A DNA stretch of 64,000 nucleotides, from positions 105,965 to 169,964 of the forward strand of contig MU008222.1 of the NCBI GenBank assembly GCA_010909165.1. Reading direction: 5' to 3'. Of this stretch, positions 59,926 through 64,000 are shown one piece after another. The position numbers and the translations under genes are program-made. This DNA comes from Anthoceros angustus. Lineage: Eukaryota > Plantae > Anthocerotophyta. The notes below the pieces were generated by a model. The model did not search any database and was not told the DNA's origin. It worked only from the letters and a program-made list of their open reading frames with translations. Every line of letters starts with the position of its first letter. The stretch's first letter is position 1.

Positions 59926-62105
59926 ATGACTAGCCAAGACAGTGATATTCCCTCCATCGTCCACCTCAATGTAGGTTAGTGCTTTGCTTCTTTCCTGGCT
60001 GACGATCTTTCGGAAGGGAATTTCTGAGTAGAGGATAGCTCTGGCTGGCTGAGAATAGCGCATGATTACCCTGTTCAAGTTTGGACTTTGTAGGTGGAGC
60101 GGTATTCGCAACGACCGTAGGCACATTGACTCTTCGTGACACTGATTCTATGCTAGCTGTCATGTTCAGTGGCAGACATCGAGTTCATAAAGATCCAAAG
60201 AAGGTGCCGTCCCAAGTGCTTGTCTTATTGCTTCTTCTCTGATTCCTAAACAGGAGATACTTGTCCTCAGATGATGTATGGTTGAAGCAGGGCACCGTCT
60301 TCATCGATCGAGATGGCACTCATTTTAGACACGTCTTAAATTGGCTAAGGGATGGAGTTGTTCCAACGCTGGACATGCCGGCGTACCAGGAGCTGCTCCG
60401 AGAAGCACATTACTATCAACTTACGGTATGTCTTGAATCCTACATCCATGGCAGGGTTCATTAATAGGCTCGGATGAAACGATGTCTTTGTGCTCTTCAC
60501 TTCTGCCATGGAGGAGTGATCAGTAGTGTCTCGGTTTGATGTACCTGGCAGGGTCTCGTTGAGGCCCTGAATTTTCTGGTGACCAAGAAAGATGATGATG
60601 AGGAGAAGCCTGAGATGACTAGGAGGGAAGTGATCAAGTGTCTGCAGTTTGAAAGAGTCCGGCTTCGTGGAGTAAATTTATCGGGACAAAATTTGTCGAA
60701 GTTGGTGAGCGTTTGTTTAACATCTGTTTATGCATGTATGCTGATATTCTGGATGGTGCAAACTTGAAACAATTGATGGAACATCTGCTCTCTAATTATA
60801 ATTGAATGCGGGGCAGGATTTGACAGGAGTGGATTTCAGCAATGCTCGGTTGATTAATACCTTCTTTTCTCGTGCCATGCTTCAATCTGCTAAGTTTCGG
60901 GTACTTCTCAGTTTTCTGTCTGTGCAAAATACACAATCGCTGTCTGCCAACTTGGAGGCATGCATCCTCACGTCGAAAGTTCAATTGTCTACATTTATCC
61001 CTTTCTTGCTTTAAGGGTCATTTATTCCATGATGTTTCTAGTACTAGATATGATATATACTGGCTGACGGTTTGCACTGACAGGATGCAGAAGCAGATGG
61101 ATCCAACTTTCAGAAAGCTATACTCCGGGAGTATGAATCTAATTTCTGTCTGTCTTTTGTTTCGTGGCGCATTTACTGTTGTCTTGAGGTTGAAAAGCAC
61201 TATGTTTGTTGGGCCTGCAACTTAACGGGATGGAGCTCATTACACGAGCAGGTGTGTTTTCATTGGAGCATTTTTACGTGGTGCTGTTCTTTCTGGTGCA
61301 AATCTTCAAAGTGCCAACATGCAAGGTAGCGCACCCTTCAACGTTTTCCGGATAGAGTGGCTGGTTCCTCATTGTAGCCATCAAAATTTTAGCGCACTTG
61401 TGAGTGCACATGAGTCTGTGGAAGGTTAACCACCTACTTACTAATCAACCAATCATTCTGTGTACAGATGCAGTCTTGACAGATGCTAGCTTTTGTGGAG
61501 CAGACTTGCATTCAGCTCATTTGCAGGTTGCCCGTGCAGTCTCTTGGTCTCAATCCCCTTTTCTCGTCCTGGTCCAGGATGCCTTTTTTATTACGGTTGT
61601 GGGCAACAAAGAGAACTGACCGGGCCTGTTTCTGGTATGTTTGCAGAATGCTGACCTCACCAATGCAAATCTTTCAGGAGCCATTTTAGAACAAGCAAAC
61701 TTGAAGGTGAGGCAGGGCGAAGTCTGCAAGCTCTGTACCCCTTGGATGTTTTACGTGACTTTTTGTTGCTTTCTTTTTTTTAACTTTAACCTTTTGTGGC
61801 TTCACGACAGGGTGCAAAGTTGAAGGGGGCCGATTTGCGGAGGGCAAATTTGCAACGGGCATACTTACGCGATGTGGACCTTCGCGACACGGTAACCAGG
61901 ACAGTTGTTTCTCTTTCTTGTAATTTGCCCTTTCTCCTCTGTGCTGGTACGTCGTGCTTCAAGGATTGGATTCCGGAGCCGAGTTGGATTTTCCGTGACA
62001 AAAACATTCAAAATTTCTCAGAAGTTGGAGGGTGCAAACCTTGGGGGTGCGAACTTGCAAGGAGCTAGCAGACCTGGACCTTCAGACTGTGCGAATCAAC
62101 CGTGA
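59926..62105 (+). CDS. FIP2: FIP2-like BTB/POZ plus pentapeptide-repeat protein (multi-exon)
   Basis: IVHLNVGG..TTVGTL..SMLAVMFSGR, FIDRDGTHFRHVLNWLRDG, then A(D/N)Lxx pentapeptide repeats. Confidence 0.9.
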
Positions 62106-62461
62106 TGAAGTGGACGATTTGTCGACTATCGAGGTAGCTGATAAGCTGGGTTAGTCAAACATGTAAAACGCAGTACTAATTCCTTTTCTCTCTGATTCAT
62201 AACCTGCTTACGGTACACTTTCTAGTTTGGATGTAGTATGATTACGAACACGACACAATCGTGTTGTACATCTAGATTCCCACTTCACACAGTTTTGTCG
62301 GTACCTGTTCTCTTCATCAATTCCTGCACGCAGTAATACAATCAGCAGTCTACCAACAGTTAAACAAGGAACTCGTCGGGTTCCTTGCCATTTAGGTCTT
62401 CTCGTCTGAAAGGGGACAATTCGACGGTTCGAAAGTTCGAACGGATGACTTAGTTGTCGGA

Positions 62462-64000
62462 TCAGGCATAAGACATGTTCTTGCGCTCCTCACCTAAATC
62501 ACTGGTGACCTTGTTTCCTTTACCCCAGAACGTTGCAAGGCTGAGACCCATAACAGCCATGATGACTACGGAGCATGCGGGTGGAACGGCGTGACTACCA
62601 CCCAAAAATTGGGTTGCCAACAGCATGGCCAATGTGGAGCTCTGCATCCCAGTACAGAGAGAGATGGTTTTTGATAGTTTCTCCTCTTGCCTATTCATCA
62701 ACCAACGGCCACAGATTGGATCCCATCATGCTCAATAAGAAGTCTTCAATCAAAAGAGCTTAGGTTAGAAGACTATCAAGGATATTACCTCCAAAAGGGT
62801 AACTTCGAGATGCAGTAGCCCATGATGAAAGCCGCAATGTGGAAGACCAGAACTGGCAACAAGAGCTGGAAGCCTTGAGCTGAAACTATTTGGCCTCTAT
62901 TTAACGCTAGCGGACTTCCAATGCAGAGAGATGTGCAAACCATGGCCACCAGAGGCATGAATACGGATCTTATCAACAGAAGACTTGGCATATGAATTCA
63001 AAAGGAGCCCCACATAACAGGGCAAATGACAACCTGGAAAAGAAACCAAGCGATGAGAAACTTGCGGAAAGACTGAAGTGGTCGAAGAAAAGGGTGAGAG
63101 CACCGAGCACTACAGACTAAGCAATATTGGAGATTTTGACAGCACCTGCAAAATTGATGTGGACATTGCGACGATATCCACTGGCACCACGGACCCAATC
63201 AAGAGCTTAGGTTAGAAGACTATCAAGGATATTACCTCCAAAAGGGTAACTTCGAGATGCAGTAGCCCATGATGAAAGCCGCAATGTGGAAGACCAGAAC
63301 TGGCAACAAGAGCTGGAAGCCTTGAGCTGAAACTATTTGGCCTCTATTTAACGCTAGCGGACTTCCAATGCAGAGAGATGTGCAAACCATGGCCACCAGA
63401 GGCATGAATGGCCGGATCTTATCAACAGAAGACTTGGCATATGAATTCAAAAGGAGCCCTAACATAACAGGGCAAATGACAACCTGGAAAAGAAACCAAG
63501 CGATGAGAAACTTGCGGAAAGACTGAAGTGGTCGAAGAAAAGGGTGAGAGCACCGAGCACTACAGACTAAGCAATATTGGAGATTTTGACAGCACCTGCA
63601 AAATTGATGTGGACATTGCGACGATATCCACTGGCACCACGGACCCAATCAAGAGCTTGGTCAACAGAGGGGTAACAATCACTGATGAAATGGTGGTAAG
63701 GCTAGTCAAAACGATGCTTAAGGCCACATCTCCTTCACTCAAGTAGGCAGCATAGCTTGACAGCTGAGCACCAGCGACGCATGATGTGAGGATCAATCCA
63801 GCGGCAAAGGCAGGTGACACATTGAATGCTTTTGCAACTCCATATCCCAACAGAGGCTTGACAGCATACTGTCCCGTGTAGCCGACGAGTACGGACAAAG
63901 GTCTAGACAATGACAAGGTAAGTGAGAAGAGAAAGGTGGTGCTTGAGAGTCTGAACAAGTCTGGCACATTGGATGGAGGAACACGGTATGAACATACCTC
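62462..64000 (-). CDS. BASS3: Bile acid:sodium symporter family protein, BASS3-like (3' part; 5' end outside the window; ~450-bp local duplication)
   Basis: QYAVKPLLG, GAQLSSYAAYLSEGDVALS, AMVCTSLCIGSPL, TISLCTGMQSSTLA, AVPPACSVVIMA. Confidence 0.88.

Noticed and set aside
62749-63200. Second BASS gene or alternative exon
   Set aside because: Near-identical ~450-bp duplicate joined at an AATCAA(A)GAGCTT microhomology and carrying frameshifting deletions; likely an artefact.

Overview
Eukaryotic plant genomic DNA. Short GT-AG introns, tight gene spacing and the gene set suggest a non-seed land plant such as a hornwort or lycophyte (inference). The sequence looks like an error-prone long-read assembly: TE ORFs are full of 1-3 bp indels and many 0.15-2.3 kb blocks are locally repeated. 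Positions ~1-51,670 form a nested transposon island. It holds three pieces of an Athila-like Ty3/Gypsy family that carry an extra coiled-coil gene (ORF-X) and arrays of a 14-bp palindrome, CCTACCRYGGTAGG. It also holds an apparent DNA transposon (~14.75-43.2 kb) with a Sola-like/DUF7869-type DDE transposase, a divergent ParB/Srx-like gene and a shared 22-bp palindrome, GGGCGCCGGCATGCCGGCGCCC. A Ty1/Copia element is inserted in that transposon, and a green-algal-type Ty3/Gypsy element, whose integrase is followed by a PHD finger and an AT-hook, is inserted in the Copia LTR. A second Copia fragment lies at 48.8-51.2 kb. Positions ~51,970-64,000 are gene-dense: METTL6-like tRNA methyltransferase, two YjbQ/UPF0047 paralogues flanking an Mpo1/DUF962 gene, FIP2-like BTB-pentapeptide gene, and BASS3-like symporter. 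The best candidate for an undescribed system is the transposase + ParB-like gene + palindromic-site element. All domain calls come from motif recognition by eye, not database searches, and TE coordinates are approximate.
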